Part shown: one piece after another, positions 1-14,625 of the stretch | Numbering within the stretch: position 1 is the first letter of the stretch | Layout of the letters: every line of letters begins with the position of its first letter | Origin: Octopus vulgaris | Lineage: Eukaryota | Reading direction: 5' to 3' | Assembly (NCBI GenBank): GCA_951406725.2 | Contig: OX597815.1 | Location: 160,394,001-160,458,000 of the forward strand | Length of the DNA stretch: 64,000 nucleotides | Notes under the pieces: model-generated | Seen by the model: the letters and a program-made list of their open reading frames with translations, nothing else | The model's database searches: none | What the model was told of the DNA's origin: nothing | Made by a program: the position numbers and the translations under genes

Positions 1-190
1 TATTATATTGCATTCTTTTACCAAACTGTTAAGCTATGGGGATGTAAACAAACCAACACTGGTTGTCAATCATTGGGTGAGTGAGACAAATACAGACATA
101 AAGTCACTCTCTCACACACACATATACATATATTTATATATTTACACCCCCCACATATATATATGTATATTTATATATTTACTATATATA

Positions 191-1140
191 CTAGCAAATG
201 CACCCGTCCTTAGGAAGGTTTAAATTGCTTTGGTGGTATTTTTTCACCAAATAATTGAACAACCAAGAAGCTTTATGAGTAGCACAGCAATCTATATTTC
301 CAATTAACCTAGGAATGGAAAATCAAATTGAAGACTGGTTATTGTGGTGGTCGTTGCATTTTAATGATCATAGAACATATAAGTTTGCAAGCAATGCAAA
401 GTAGAGCTACTGAAGTGTTTTGGGAGTAGATTACAGATAATGACTACAAAATATAGCTGTTTTACATGATAGAAAAATTTCTTGTCAGAAAAAGGCCCAT
501 AAATGGTGTAAGGAAATTGAAGGAAGACACTGAAACCTTCTCTCTGCACGTTTATTTTATTCAACAGCAAAGGGAACTATTTTTTCAGAGAAAAGTATGA
601 TTTGTACGTTCAAAAATGGCAATATAATACCTACTTGAAGAAGAGTTAAAGGAATATATTTGCTACATGCTGAAATTGACTTCAGGTAATAAAAAATGAA
701 GACATGAAGAGTTTGACTTCAGTTCATGAATACTGCTTTGAATTTGTAGCAGTTCACAGTGAAAAGATGCCACGTTGAAAGGCAGACAGATAATTTTGAA
801 GTTGTAATGACGGTAAAAGTGAGTAGGATACAAGTATATATGTACTGAAAATAACCAGCATGAATCTTGTTAGCAGAGTTTACTTAGAGTTATCCCCCAG
901 CCTATAACAACAGTTACTAATGAGCTGGAAATTGGAGAACGAGTGCATTGTATTGGAGTTTGTAGCCATTCAGACCAAAGACAGAATGCTGCCCAGTCCG
1001 CACCATGAGGATGTAAAATCTTGTGAACCATCCCACGTTGGTGTTGAAACAGTTTCTATAGAGTTGACATGATAAAGCATGTTGATGTACTTGTGTAGCT
1101 GATGGTGTGGCTTCACCGGGACGGCAGAGCAGAACTGCAA
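191..1140 (-). mobile_element. Decayed Helitron 3' end
   Basis: The minus strand ends in CTAG (plus 191-194) followed by T. A GC-rich hairpin CCCGTCC-tta-GGAaGG (203-218) lies about 8 nt inside the CTAG. Minus-strand helicase-like remnants are weak (e.g. FPAH..LLL.AG). The 5' boundary is uncertain. Confidence 0.5.
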
Positions 1141-1214
1141 TTTCACATTACCTTTGACTTTCCATCCTCAGAGTTTCTTTTCAGCTTTCTGTCATTTCTC
1201 AGTAAATATTTTAA

Positions 1215-1428
1215 AAATTTCTTTATTGCCCACAGGAGGTTAAACATAGAGAGGACAAACAAGGGATTAAGTCGATTATATCGACCCCAGTGTGTAACTG
1301 GTACTTATTAATCGACCCCGAAAAGGATGAAAGGCAAAGTCAACCTCGGTGGAATTTGAACTCAGAATGTAGCAGCAGACAAAATACTGCTAAGCATTTC
1401 ATCTGGCATGCTAATGATTCTGCCAGCA
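1215..1428 (-). mobile_element. tRNA-derived SINE with Nin/Deu-type core (family B)
   Basis: Reverse complement has the head CTGGCAGAATC..., B-box-like GAGTTCAAATTCC and core GCCTTTCATCCTTTTCGGGGTCGATTAATAAGTACCAG. About 25 copies in the window. Confidence 0.8.
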
Positions 1429-2304
1429 GTAAATATAACAGGTCAGTTGTTAAGGAACATAAAATGGAACAGTATATCTGTCTTTTTACTCTTGCTTTTA
1501 ATTTATTTGATATGGAGGTTACACAAAGTATATCCATGATACTTTTCTGTCCAGTGAAATGAGAATTCTTGCTATAAAATGTATAGGTACTGTGAGTTAT
1601 CTCTTAAATCTATCACTATATTGTTGATGCTATTTAACATAAGTAGCTCTTTGTGTTTCTTCAATTCCAAATGCGCCTTAGACATGACCTAACATGCACT
1701 TACTTTAACAGCCAATGTGTCTTTTATTAACTGGCTACATTTTGCTTAGTTTTATTTTTAAGTCACTAAATACTTGTCATATTCTGCAGTGGTAATGCTC
1801 TTTACATGTATTTGCCGTCTCTCTCTAGATATGTTTTCATAGATCATGCTAAAACTGAAACAAGTAATGCATTTAATTTTTCTTGAATGGTAAGATTAAG
1901 TATATATTGATTTTACAAAATCATTTTGCAATGAACCATTTCATTTAAGCTTCTGAATACTAATAAGCTTGTGGTCCTGTCATTTCTAGTTACAATAACC
2001 AAACTGGTCTGGCAAACAAAGAAGTTATCTCAGGGCTTATTTGAAAGGTTATTGATGCTCAATTTTGTTATCGTAATGTCCCTTTGATTGTTACATCTTG
2101 TTATAAAATACATTTAATCTGCTCACTTGCCACTTGCATATATTAGAATATAATGGTTTTAAAGATTATAATTTTTTGGCTATTAATCTCATTTTCAGAG
2201 ATGAAAAGTTTCTCAATATATATTTACATATATCCTACATTTAGATCAGTTTCATCGCAAAACACTATCATAATCATTGTTGTGTTTCATTCTTGGATGC
2301 ATCA

Positions 2305-2510
2305 AAGGCAGCAAGCTGGTAAAATCATTTTCATGCCAGACAGAATGATTTGTGGCATTTCTTCCTGCTTCCTTTTCTGAGTTCAAATTCTATCAAGATT
2401 GACTTTGCCTGTCATCCTTTCAAGGGTCAATAAAATAAGTATTAGCTGAGCACTGAAGTCATTGTAATCACATACTTCCCTCCCCCAAATTCCAGGCCTT
2501 GTACTTACAG
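2305..2510 (+). mobile_element. SINE family B (Nin/Deu core)
   Basis: GAGTTCAAATTC...GACTTTGCCTGTCATCCTTTCAAGGGTCAATAAAATAAG. Confidence 0.7.
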
Positions 2511-3579
2511 TTAACAAAAATTTCTTGGATATATTTCATAGTTCACAAGACAAACTTTAGTGAACCAAAAACTGATGATAACCTAACTTAATGTTGTGAA
2601 TGTTATGTTTCACATGTCAAATTTAGATTTATTTCTTTGAACATTTCAACAGTATGAACATGGTTGATTTCAGTTTGACCTAGAAACAGCCATGTTAATA
2701 GCTCTAGCCACCGACCACAATGGCTCAGATTCTTCTTGAACGTAGCTTAGTCCTTTGTGTTTAGGGTCAGTAGAAAACTGGTCTTTGGTCATTGTAGAAA
2801 ACATGTCATCAGTAGCCAAGAGAAAGAAACATTCTCAATGACCAGACATCCCCAGAATGGCTGAGTTCATGTAGCAGGTCCAAAACTGTAACAATAAGAG
2901 TGAACTGATGAGAGCCATCATCAAGCAGTTCAAGGTTTCAGAAAATAAGGCAAACAAGGATTTAAGGTACAACTCTTATGCCATGAGAAGAGGGCAGTTC
3001 ATGTTTTGCAAGATATGGGAGAACCTTGTGATCATTTGACTTACTAGCTTTGCTGGTCAACATCCTCTGGACTAATGCATCTGTGCAATTATCAAAGTGG
3101 AGTGGTCAGCAGTCTATAGAACCAATTTGCTTCCATAAGCATTGGAACTGTCATTTGGGGCTAAAGTTAATATTAATGAAAAGCCTTTCTTTGATATTTT
3201 TAGCTCTTTAGATGGTGGTGTTCTCAGGTTGTGAAGCCATCTAATGATGACTCTGTTCAGAAGGCTGTAATATAACATTCGATAAAGAAACACGGTACAA
3301 TTAATTCATAGAACAAGGCTGTAAGTACCAGGCTTAACAAAAAAATAAGCACTGGTGTCAATTAATTTAACTAAAAATTCTTCAAAGTAGTACCCCAGTA
3401 TGGCCTGGCCATAGTCTAATGACTGAAACAAGTAAAAGATAACAGAAAGATAGGTCAGCCCTGACTAAGCATGCCTATCAACAGCATTCCAACCATCCCC
3501 ATCCTGGCATTTTCTATGGCTGCATTAGGTATTTGCATAATTTTATTAAAATGGAATAGTATAATCACCATGATCACCA

Positions 3580-3865
3580 TGACCGACCAGTCTATCTGAT
3601 GTTGCTATATGTTGCTGGTCACAATGCGCTTGACATTGTTTTAGCCTTCAAATGACACCACCCCGCTGGTTATGCAAGTAGGCCAATAGAAGAAAGAGTG
3701 AGAGAAAGTTGTGGCAAAAGAGTACAGCAGGGATCACCACCACCCCCTGCCGGAGCCTTTAGGTGTTTTTGCTCAATAAACACTCACAACACCCGATCTG
3801 GGAATCGAAACCGGGATCTTACGGCCGCGAGTCCGCTGCCCTAACCTCTAGGCCATTGCGCCTCC
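3580..3865 (-). mobile_element. tRNA-derived SINE (family C variant)
   Basis: Reverse complement starts GGCGCAATGGCCTAGAGGTTAGGGC...GGTTTCGATTCCC (A/B boxes), then GTGTTTATTGAGCAAAAACACCTAAAG. Related copy at 14345-14625. Confidence 0.7.
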
Positions 3866-5629
3866 ATGGAATAGTATAATTTGAGGGATAATTCAGTTGC
3901 TTTGTTGAATCATAGAAAGGCCATTGACTCATAGAAGGGACATTGGTTATGTTGTGTGGTTTTGTTGATTGAAAAGTGACTGGTGGTGTATTAGCACTCT
4001 GTGTGTAAATGTATCAATTCTGCTCTTTTTCACATATCAAGATCATAAAATTACTTTAGTAATTTTATTTTCAACACCCAATAAATTTCTTATCAGATAA
4101 TTAAATTTTCTTAACTTGTGAACATTTTAAAAGTGTTGTCTAGAAAATTCTATTTGTTATGGTTAAATTACAAGAAAATGGTTTGTGATACATAATTTAA
4201 ATGTAAGCTAAATATCTTGTAGCTTCTTGTTCTTTGAATATTCTATGGTACTAAAAAAACTTCTATTTTTAAACATACTCAAGTTTTATATTTTTCTAAA
4301 AATAAAAATAAAAGCTGTAAATTAAAAAATAAAAATAACTCAAAAATTATAAAGAGAAAAAAAATCAAAAAAATCTTTTCTGTTTTTAATTTCTGAAATT
4401 GCACACCAGATGGACAAATTTTCTAATTTTATAATTTGAGACTTGGCTAATTATTCCTTAAAACTTTTCAGAATCATTAATTGAAAACCATACATCAAAA
4501 TAGTCAATAGCGAACATTTTTTATTTTCTTTTATCTCAATCATTTTTTTTTTGTGGTTGTCGAGAGGAATACACCATTAACCAAAGACAGAGTCAAAGAG
4601 TACAGCACAGCTCAATTTTTCTCTAAACATATCCAAATCATTATATAACATAGAAATAAAATTTGATGTAGAACAAGACTTGTTAGTTACCTAACTGCTG
4701 CTCTTAATACAAAATAAACTACCCACAAATAACCTAGTTTGAAAAATAATAAAGAAATAAAGAAAAAATAAAGAATTTGAGCATAACCCTTCTTTTGAGA
4801 AGCAAAAAATCAATGGAAATCAATTTTCTGAAATAATACTTCCCTTCCTTTTATACTTTCCAGTTCTTTTATTTGAGGAAATTAAAAACTTTCTATTTTC
4901 TGGATAAACAAAATTTCATGATGTTCTTTTCTTATTCTTTTTCTTAAATAATTGCAGTTAATTCTTGCTAAATTATATATAATATTTTCATTGTAAAATG
5001 TTAGTATTTTAATTGTTGTTGTTTTCACCAGTAGAACTGAATAATTTCTGCATTTATCCCTCAATATACAGATTGTTTATAGACTTTAATCCAGTTTATC
5101 CTTCGTTTGTTTAGGAGAAACGTCATTGTCCTTACCATTTAATGTCTAATTTCCATGCTGGCATGGGTTGGGTAGTTCAACAGGAAACGGCAAGTCAGAG
5201 AACTGCACCAAACTCTGCTTTCATTTGCTTCTTATTTCTTTTTATTCTTCTCCAAAGCAGTCAGTTGGCAGGATCTTTAGAAGATCAGATAAAATGCACC
5301 GCAATATTCGTTCTGACTCATTGCACTTTAAGTTCAAATGTTGCTGAGGTTAACTTTTGTTCTTTTGAAGTCAATGAAGTACCGACTGAGTGTTAGTGCG
5401 TCCCTGACTTCTTCCAGCTGTCACATTGTGAATGTTCCACTGGATCAAATGTGAGAGAACAAAGAGGATAGCTATGTTTCTTTGTGATTACATGGGCATC
5501 TAATAATAATGATGTAAACATGATGCATGCTGCCAAATTATCATCAATGGCTATAGTAGTAGTGTTCAGTTCAGAATTCCATATTAATATACACCTCACT
5601 CTGTTCTGATTAATTTATTATCAGTTTCT

Positions 5630-5832
5630 CATTCTAGTACAAGGCCAGCAATTTCAGGGAAGGGAGCAAGTTGATTATGTCATCTTCAGGGTTCAACTGC
5701 TACTTATTTTCTTGACCCCAAAAGGATAAAAGGCAAAGATGATCTCAGCAGAATTTGAAGTCAAAATGTAAAAAATGAAATGCTGCTAGGCATTTTACCC
5801 AGCATGCTAATGATCCTCCCAGCTCACCGCCT
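5630..5832 (-). mobile_element. SINE family B (Nin/Deu core)
   Basis: Full-length decayed copy ending in CAGCTCACCGCC (head on the minus strand). Confidence 0.7.
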
Positions 5833-5979
5833 GATTTATTTATCATTGTTTTCTAGAAACATCTACCTGCTCCACTTTTGAATGTATATTTGGTTTCTAA
5901 TTTTGGCACAAGGCCAACAGTTTTGGGAAAGAGAGATCAAGTTGATTACATCAACCCTGGTCTGGTATTCAACTGGTGT

Positions 5980-6323
5980 TGTGAGTAAAGAGGCTGAAAA
6001 TATCACCAAGTGCTCCAAATTAAAAGTGGAAATGGCAAGACTGTATGGAATGTGAGAGGGTAATGTAAAAGTGATACCAGTGATGATCGGAGCATTGGGC
6101 TCAATCACATTGAAACTTTAAGACTTCTTAAAGCAACTGGAAATCCCATGCAAGATTGATGTTTTGCAAAAAGCAGCCTTATGGGGTACAGTGCACATCT
6201 TAAGGAAAGTATTATCTATCTGAGGTTCCTTGTTGTGACTTGGCAGGTGACTAAAGACTCCAGTGCATTTTTACCTACTCTCCATTATGAAGGAATACGA
6301 AGGAATTATGATAATAACAATAA
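5980..6323 (+). pseudogene. 3' remnant of an R4/Dong-clade non-LTR retrotransposon (REL endonuclease C-terminus)
   Basis: Translates as EAENITKCSKLKVEMARLYGM*EGNVKVIPVMIGALGSI...LQKAALWGTVHILRKVLSI*. This matches the R4/Dong C-terminal pattern (V.V.P.VIGALG; LQKA.L.GT..ILRKVL). It has stop codons and an (AAT)-type tail. Confidence 0.75.
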
Positions 6324-6324
6324 T

Positions 6325-6535
6325 GGTTTCAAATTTTGGCACAAGACCTGCGATTTTGGGGAAGTGGGGTAAATTGATTAGATTGACCCCCATTGCTCAA
6401 AACTGGTACTTATTTTATTGAACCCAAAATAATGAAAGACAAAGTCGCCCTTGGCAGAATTCAAATTCAGAATACAGAGATGAGATGCCACTAAGCAATT
6501 TGCCCAGCATGCTAACGATTCTGCCAGCTCACTGC
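6325..6535 (-). mobile_element. SINE family B (Nin/Deu core)
   Basis: Same consensus as 1215-1428. Confidence 0.7.
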
Positions 6536-6537
6536 TT

Positions 6538-6595
<58 letters not shown>

Positions 6596-6599
6596 GTTT

Positions 6600-7000
6600 C
6601 ATTCTTTTATTCCGTTATTCTTTTACTTGCTTCAGTCATTTGACTACCGCCATGCTGGAGCACCGCCTTTAGTCAAATCAAATCGACTCCAGGACTTATT
6701 CTTTGTAAGACTAGTACTTATTCTATCGGTCTCTTTTGCTGAACCACTAAGTTACGGGGACGTAAACACATCAGAAGCGGTTTTCAAGCAGTGTTGGGGC
6801 GACAAACACAGATACACAACATATACACACACACATATATACGACGGGCTTCTTTCAGTTTACGTCTACCACATTCACTCACAAGGCTTTGGTCGGCCCG
6901 AGGATATAGTAGAAGACACTTGCCTAAGGTGCCACGCAGTGGAACTGGACCCGGAACCATGTGGTTGGTAAGCAAGCTACTTACCACACAGCCACTCCTA
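6600..7000 (-). mobile_element. tRNA-derived SINE with internal microsatellite (family A)
   Basis: Reverse complement has the head AGGAGTGGCTGTGTGGTAAGTAGCTTGC...GGTCCAGTTCC (A/B boxes), an internal (TA)/(TG) tract and the tail ...GACTGAAGCAAGTAAAAGA. Confidence 0.85.
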
Positions 7001-7620
7001 TTAATAATGATAATAATAATAATAATAAAAATAATAATGATAATAATAATGATAATAATAATAATAATAATAATAATAGGCTTCATATATTTTACCCCAG
7101 TGTCACTTTGATGGTATGCACTGCTCTCTCACTCAATAATAATAATAATAATAATAGTAAAAACTCCATAACAAAACAAACTGGCATTGTACACCAACAT
7201 GAAGAATCGGTACTCCTCCAGTCCTCACTAACACTAATGATAATGACGATAATGGTTTCTGATTTAGGCACAAGGCTACCAGTTTTGTGGGAAGGGGTTA
7301 GTTGATATTCTTGACCAAGTACTTGACATGCATTATTTTATCAACCCCAAAGAGATAAAAAAAAATAATGCTGACTTTGGCAGGTTTTGAACCTAGAATG
7401 TAAAGAGTTGGAATAAATATCAAAAAAAAGAAAAGGGACTCTTTTTCTGATGCATTAATGATTTTATCAGTAACAATGAGTTTTCTGCTCACAAAGATAT
7501 TGCATATAAAAATAGTATTTACATCTGTCTAGCAGATATATTTAGGATAAAATCAGTAGATAAGCTGAGTAAGTTTATATATGCATATGTGTGTGTGTAA
7601 ATGTAGACTCCTATACATAC

Positions 7621-7678
7621 ACATGAGTGCATTTGTGTATGTGTATCATACATACATACATATATATATGTATGTATG

Positions 7679-7730
<52 letters not shown>

Positions 7731-7860
7731 CATATATATATATATGTATGTATGTATATATATATATGTATATATATATGTATATATATATATATATATA
7801 TATACATATACATACATATATATATGTATGTATGTATATATATATATATATATATATATA
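7621..7860. repeat. Compound (TA)n/(TACA)n/(TATG)n microsatellite
   Basis: Seen directly; the source of several spurious IY-rich ORFs. Confidence 0.95.
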
Positions 7861-8568
7861 CCCATTTGTTATATATGCTTCCTTCTTTGCTCTTTGTTCT
7901 TTCCAACATACTCCAGTTGATTCCCCTTGGTTATGGAAACAATTCCTAAACAAATCTTTTCATGGGGATTCTGCAAACTCAGCTTCCCATTAAATCATCT
8001 GGCTTGATACCTGAAGTTGTTTTTAACCAAACAAACCTAAAAAAAAACAAAAAAAAAAAAAAGGAGCGAAACAAAAACAGTAACAATAACAAAACAAACA
8101 AAATACAGTAGGGAAAATAAAAAATAAAGCAAAAAAAAATAATAATAAATAAAATTAAACTACCTCAGTCTTTTTTGGTTGAAGAAAAGAACAAATTCAT
8201 GTAGCCCAGCAGATTCTTCTTTGAAACGGGTTTCACCAAGTATGTTGCGAGGTTACATTATCTCTGACTGACTTCAAAGAATTGAAGTGAGTTTCTTGTG
8301 TAAACCAATAATTTATTGAATTCTTGCAAGCACATAAGATCATGTACACAATAAGTTTAAGTAATCCTGATATTGCTGTTTCTTTTATCGCTTTCTGCCA
8401 TGACATTTTTGTTTTTCTGTTCTTCAGCATCCATATCTCACAATAGGTTAAATAATCTTTACATTTTCTTTGATATGTTCCTTTTCCTCTTAAGAAGTTT
8501 ATTCAAGATTTGACTTAGGAATATCCTCCTAAGCAAAATGATGTCACCATATTTGTTGCACTAACAAA

Positions 8569-8615
<47 letters not shown>

Positions 8616-8660
8616 GTATGTATGTATGTATGTATATATATATGGGTATATATATATATG

Positions 8661-8693
<33 letters not shown>

Positions 8694-9559
8694 TATAGCA
8701 TTCAAACAAACTTTTTCCATAGCTTCCCATCTTTCCTGTTATTATTAATTCATATAACATTTCCGTTTGTCCATGTGATATGAAAAGATGAATACGATAA
8801 TGTTCGATTGTATGCCATAAAAATGACATACAATTGATAATAAGAAACTCGGGAATGTTGATTTAATCAAACAAACAAACATAATCTCTACAACATACAG
8901 AGAATGAAAACACGATTAAAATTTCTTTTGCTTAATCACGAAGATTATTTGCAAAAGGAAGAAGCCATAATTAACTAAACTAATCCTCATGTTTAACTAG
9001 CATTTACTTTGTCAATACCAGAGTGAATGAGTTGACTAATGCCATTTGAACACAAAACCATAACGTAGTTAACATGACTCAAAAACGACTGTTTGGTTTC
9101 TTACTACCATGAAGATATGTATTAATCCTTTATTGATTGAATCTAGTGAAAATAATGCTTTCTAACATTGGTGTAAATTTGCACATTTTTCTGGAATTTG
9201 AACTTCAAACATAAAGAGGAACATAACTAAATACTGAAAGGTATTTTATCCACGGTACTAACAATGCTATCACTCCACCATCTTATTATTGTTATTAGTA
9301 TGATGATGATGATGATGATGAAAATGATAATGATAATGATGGTGATAGTAGTGGTAGCAGTGGCAGCAGTGGTTATCTATGTGTGTTGAAAAGATAGAGA
9401 AAACAAATCTAATATTGTATCTGGAATGGAAAGAAATTTCTAAGGGGATAAGTAAAGGGTCATTTATTGAGTCAGTAGAATCTGAAGATCAAAAAGCAGG
9501 AAAAGGTTCAAAATGAGAATCAAACTTTGAAAGAAAGAAACTCTATTCAGTATTTTACA

Positions 9560-10570
<1,011 letters not shown>

Positions 10571-10810
10571 CATAATAATCTATTCTACTATAGGCGCAAG
10601 GTCTGAAATTTTGGGGAGGTAGATTGTTTATTACACTGACACTGGTACTCATCGGTACTCTACTGGTACTCATTTTATTGACCCAAAAAGGTTGAAAGGC
10701 AAAGTCAACCCCAGCAACATTTGAACTCAGAATGTTATAATAATGGCTATGATTTAGGTACACAGCCAACAGTTTTAAGGGAAGGGATTTAGTTCATCAA
10801 CTCCAGTACT

Positions 10811-10842
<32 letters not shown>

Positions 10843-11578
10843 CATGTGTGTGTGTTGATGTATGGTTAGTATAGTTCTATGGTTGATATGATGCATGAAT
10901 TTGCTTGTGTGCATGTGTGTGTGTGTGATATCATGGATGAAAACATATAAACTGTTATTGTTTGTGAAACAACTGTATAGCTGATTACCAGTCAAATAAG
11001 GTATTCAACCTACACAAATAGCTCACTTATTTCACTGATAATTCATTAACCACTCAGCTCTGCATCAGATAGGCATTCCTGTATTTATCTCTGATGGCAA
11101 ACTGTATCTCATCTCTTTGTCTTTCTATCAACAGCAACGTCTCCCTCTCTCTCTCTCTCTCTCCCTCTCCCTTTCTTTTACCCTTTTACTGTTGCAACAT
11201 CCCTATTTCTCTCTCTCTCTCTTTCGCTCTTCCTTTTTTGTTTTGTAATGTTTCTCCTTTATCTATATTTCTTTTCTCTATGTGCTCATGTGTGTATGTA
11301 TATTTATATCTATGTGGAGTTAACTGTGTATATAACACTTTTATATGTATGTATGTATCTACATGTGTATGTCTGCAAGTTTAAACTGATTATCTATAAC
11401 TAAATATTACTTACATACTAATAAATCCTTTTAGGTGATATACATATTCATATAAATTTTAAGTGTGTGTATATATATATATGTATATAGTAATATATAT
11501 GTATATACATACTTACACACACATACATATGTGTATATATATATGCATACACTCATACATACTTATACACACACATAC

Positions 11579-11637
<59 letters not shown>

Positions 11638-12034
11638 AGTATTTAAATATGTATAACTATAATATATCATTGTAATCTACAATATTTTGTAGATTTTTTC
11701 GTTTATTTTTCCCCTTATATTTATCAGTGAAATATGGTAATGCTATATGATCTATCTTCATGTATAGAATTCATGTCTCCATGAAATTAATAAACCAGTA
11801 TGTCTGTAAAAATTAAAATTGTCATTCTGCTTATTATATATCGATTCAATGGGAAATAGGAAATCCTTTGCATTCTTCAAAAATTTTGAGACAAAAATAA
11901 ATATTTATTGATAATTCTCTGCTGCAAAAAAAAAAAAAAGACAAAAGTAACTTTCCCTTCTTTCTCTCACACTCACTCTCTCTCTCTTATCTCTTCATGC
12001 ATTCATACACACATACATATGTATATATGTATGC

Positions 12035-12074
<40 letters not shown>

Positions 12075-12150
12075 GTGTGCAGTATGTGTGTGCGTGCATA
12101 TATATATTTGTGTGTGTAAATATATATATATATTTTTTATATGCATAATT

Positions 12151-12190
<40 letters not shown>

Positions 12191-12844
12191 TACATACCCA
12201 CAAGTATAAAGCAAAATAAAATTATTATGATGCCTGTCTAGTCTACAAAGTTCTAATAGAGTTTCATAAACTAAGCAATAATTTTTGCTTGTATATATAG
12301 GAACATAGAAAACTGCTTTAGCTTGTCTTAATATAAAGATGGCAACGGTCTGTGTAGCAAAGCATAGAAAAAAATTATTTAAATAAATAAGTGTAAAAAT
12401 GTAGCATAAAAGTCATTAATATAATAATGATATGAGAAAATAACATATTTCTAGACATATTCAATGATCAAATTAATGTGATTGACAATTTCACTTAATC
12501 ATATTTAGTATTTATTTTGTAAATTTTATATGTAAATTTATATTTTATTTTCATTGTATAGCCATGAGAAAAAAAAATCAACTTTCAAGTATTTTAAAGA
12601 ATTTTTGTAAGTGGTACAATAATTTACAACACAGAAATATTTAATATTTTATGAAATTTTAAAAGAAAAAAAAAAGAAACACAATTATGTTATCTCTTCC
12701 ATTTATCTGTTTAAAAAAAAAATTTGCATTTAACGTATGTCCTTCATTGTTGACATGATAATGATGCTATTTCTATATCTGTTGTAGTTTATTCTCTGAT
12801 CAGTCAGGCTCCAAATATATTTCAGTTATGGCTACTCCATCATC

Positions 12845-13125
12845 TTGCGCCTAGAAATTTCCCCTCGGAGGCACAAGTCCAAGCAAGTTTGTTTATGGAA
12901 GACTAGCAGTCACCCATGCATATCAGCTTTCCCTCTCCATGCCACCAATGTTGTCCAAGGGAAAGGAAAAAGCTGATACAGTTTGGCACCAGTGATGTCA
13001 CAACCAATTTCTAAAGCTGAGTGAACTGGAGTAACATGAACTCAAGAACACAACATACAGCCTGGTCTGGGAATCAAACTCACTACCTCATGATTGTTAA
13101 CCCAACGCTCTAATGACTGAGCCAT
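12845..13125 (-). mobile_element. tRNA-derived SINE with Meta-type core (family C)
   Basis: Reverse complement ATGGCTCAGTCATTAGAGCG...GAGTTTGATTCCC, then TGTTGTGTTCTTGAG...CTCCAGTTCACTCAGC. Confidence 0.75.
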
Positions 13126-13447
13126 AGACATAGAATATTTAGGTTCATGCTTGGCTGTATGTTTAAGGAGCTTGCCTTGCAACTGCATGGTTACAGGTTC
13201 AGTCGCACTGTACAGTACCTTGGCTAGTGTCTTCTACTATAGCCTTGGGTCAACCAATGCTTTGTGAGTGAATTTGGTAGATGGAAACTGTATTGGTGTG
13301 TTTTCTTCCCTGTGACTTAGAATAAGCACTAGGCTTGAAAACAACAAGTACTGGAGTCAACACATTTGACTAAAAGAATTGTCCAAATTGGTGCCCCAGC
13401 ATGGCTGAAACAAGTAAAAAGTAAAAGAAATATATATATATAAGTGC

Positions 13448-13820
13448 AGGAGTGGCTGTGTAGTAAGTAGCTTGCTTACCAACCACATGGTTCCGGGTTT
13501 AGTCCCACTGCATGGCATCTTGGGCAAGTGTCTTCTACTATAGCCTTGTGGGTGGATTTGGTAGACGGAAACTGAAAGAAACCTGTTGTATATATATGTA
13601 TATATATGTGTATGTGTGTTTGTGTGTCTGTGTTTGTCCCCCCAACATCGCTTGACAACTGATGCTGGTATGTTTACGTCCCTGTAACTTAGTGGTTCAG
13701 CAAAAGAGACCAATAGCATAAGTACTAGGCTTACAAAGAATAAGTCCTGGGGTCGATTTGCTCGACTAAAGGTGGTACTCCAGCATGGCCGCAGTCAAAT
13801 GATTGAAACAAGTAAAAGAG
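13448..13820 (+). mobile_element. SINE family A
   Basis: Full head, core and tail. Preceded by a more decayed copy at about 13150-13430. Confidence 0.9.
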
Positions 13821-14344
13821 TGTATATATATATATATATATCCTTCACTCATTCTGGTTGAAATGCTAAAGTTTAAACAATACATGGGCTGGTGCCTCAC
13901 TGAGCTATTGTAATTTTATTCCTGTCACCTGTTCATTTTGTATATATATATACACAAACCATGATGTTTGTATTATACAAGGATGGGAGAAGCTGAAAGA
14001 CAAGGATGGTGGGGACAGGTTGTCAGAGCATAGTTTCAAGAATGAAGGTGAGTATAAGTGAGAATATAGACAGATAACTAAAAAGGGTAGATAGTGAGGT
14101 TCATAGGAGTGAGAGGAGAATGGCAGATGGCTAGAGATGAGGGTAGAGGGAAATGTAGTGAATGAGGAAAAAGGAGGACAGTTTGGTTGATGGCAAATAT
14201 TAGTATGGTGGGGGCGGGGTAAAGGTGAAAGAAATAGGAATGATTCAAGAAGGAGAACGTGGTAAGTGGCAATAAAGAAAGGGTAAAAAAAAGGAGATGA
14301 TGTGTGAAGGGTAAGAGAGTGGGGTGAGAATAAGAGTGATGTAC

Positions 14345-14625
14345 AGTTCCTTCTCGAGCCACCCCTGGCTCATAAGGGCTGGTTTCCCCAGTTTCCTTGG
14401 CTTATAGGTTCCCCACCTGGACAGGACGCCGGTCCGTCACAGGTGAGCTGCAAGATGCAGGAGGAAAGAGTGAGAGAAAGTTGTGGCGAAAGAGCCAGCA
14501 GAAGTTCGCCATTACCTTCTGCCAGAGCTTAGGTGTTTCACTCATAAACACACACATCGCCCAGTCTGAAATTCGAACCCGCGATCCCTCGACTGCAAGT
14601 CCGCCGCTCTAACCACTAGGCCATG
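14345..14625 (-). mobile_element. tRNA-derived SINE (family C variant)
   Basis: Reverse complement ATGGCCTAGTGGTTAGAGCG...GGTTCGAATTTC; body shared with 3580-3865. Confidence 0.7.

Noticed and set aside
6627-7111. Recurrent peptide '[31 protein letters not shown]' (also at 13357, 18324, 57802)
   Set aside because: Antisense translation of the family A SINE, not a gene family.
7519-7993. Overlapping ORFs rich in I/Y/H (also at 9828, 11908, 31735, 45425, 51710, 52536)
   Set aside because: Translations of dinucleotide and trinucleotide microsatellites, which lack stop codons.
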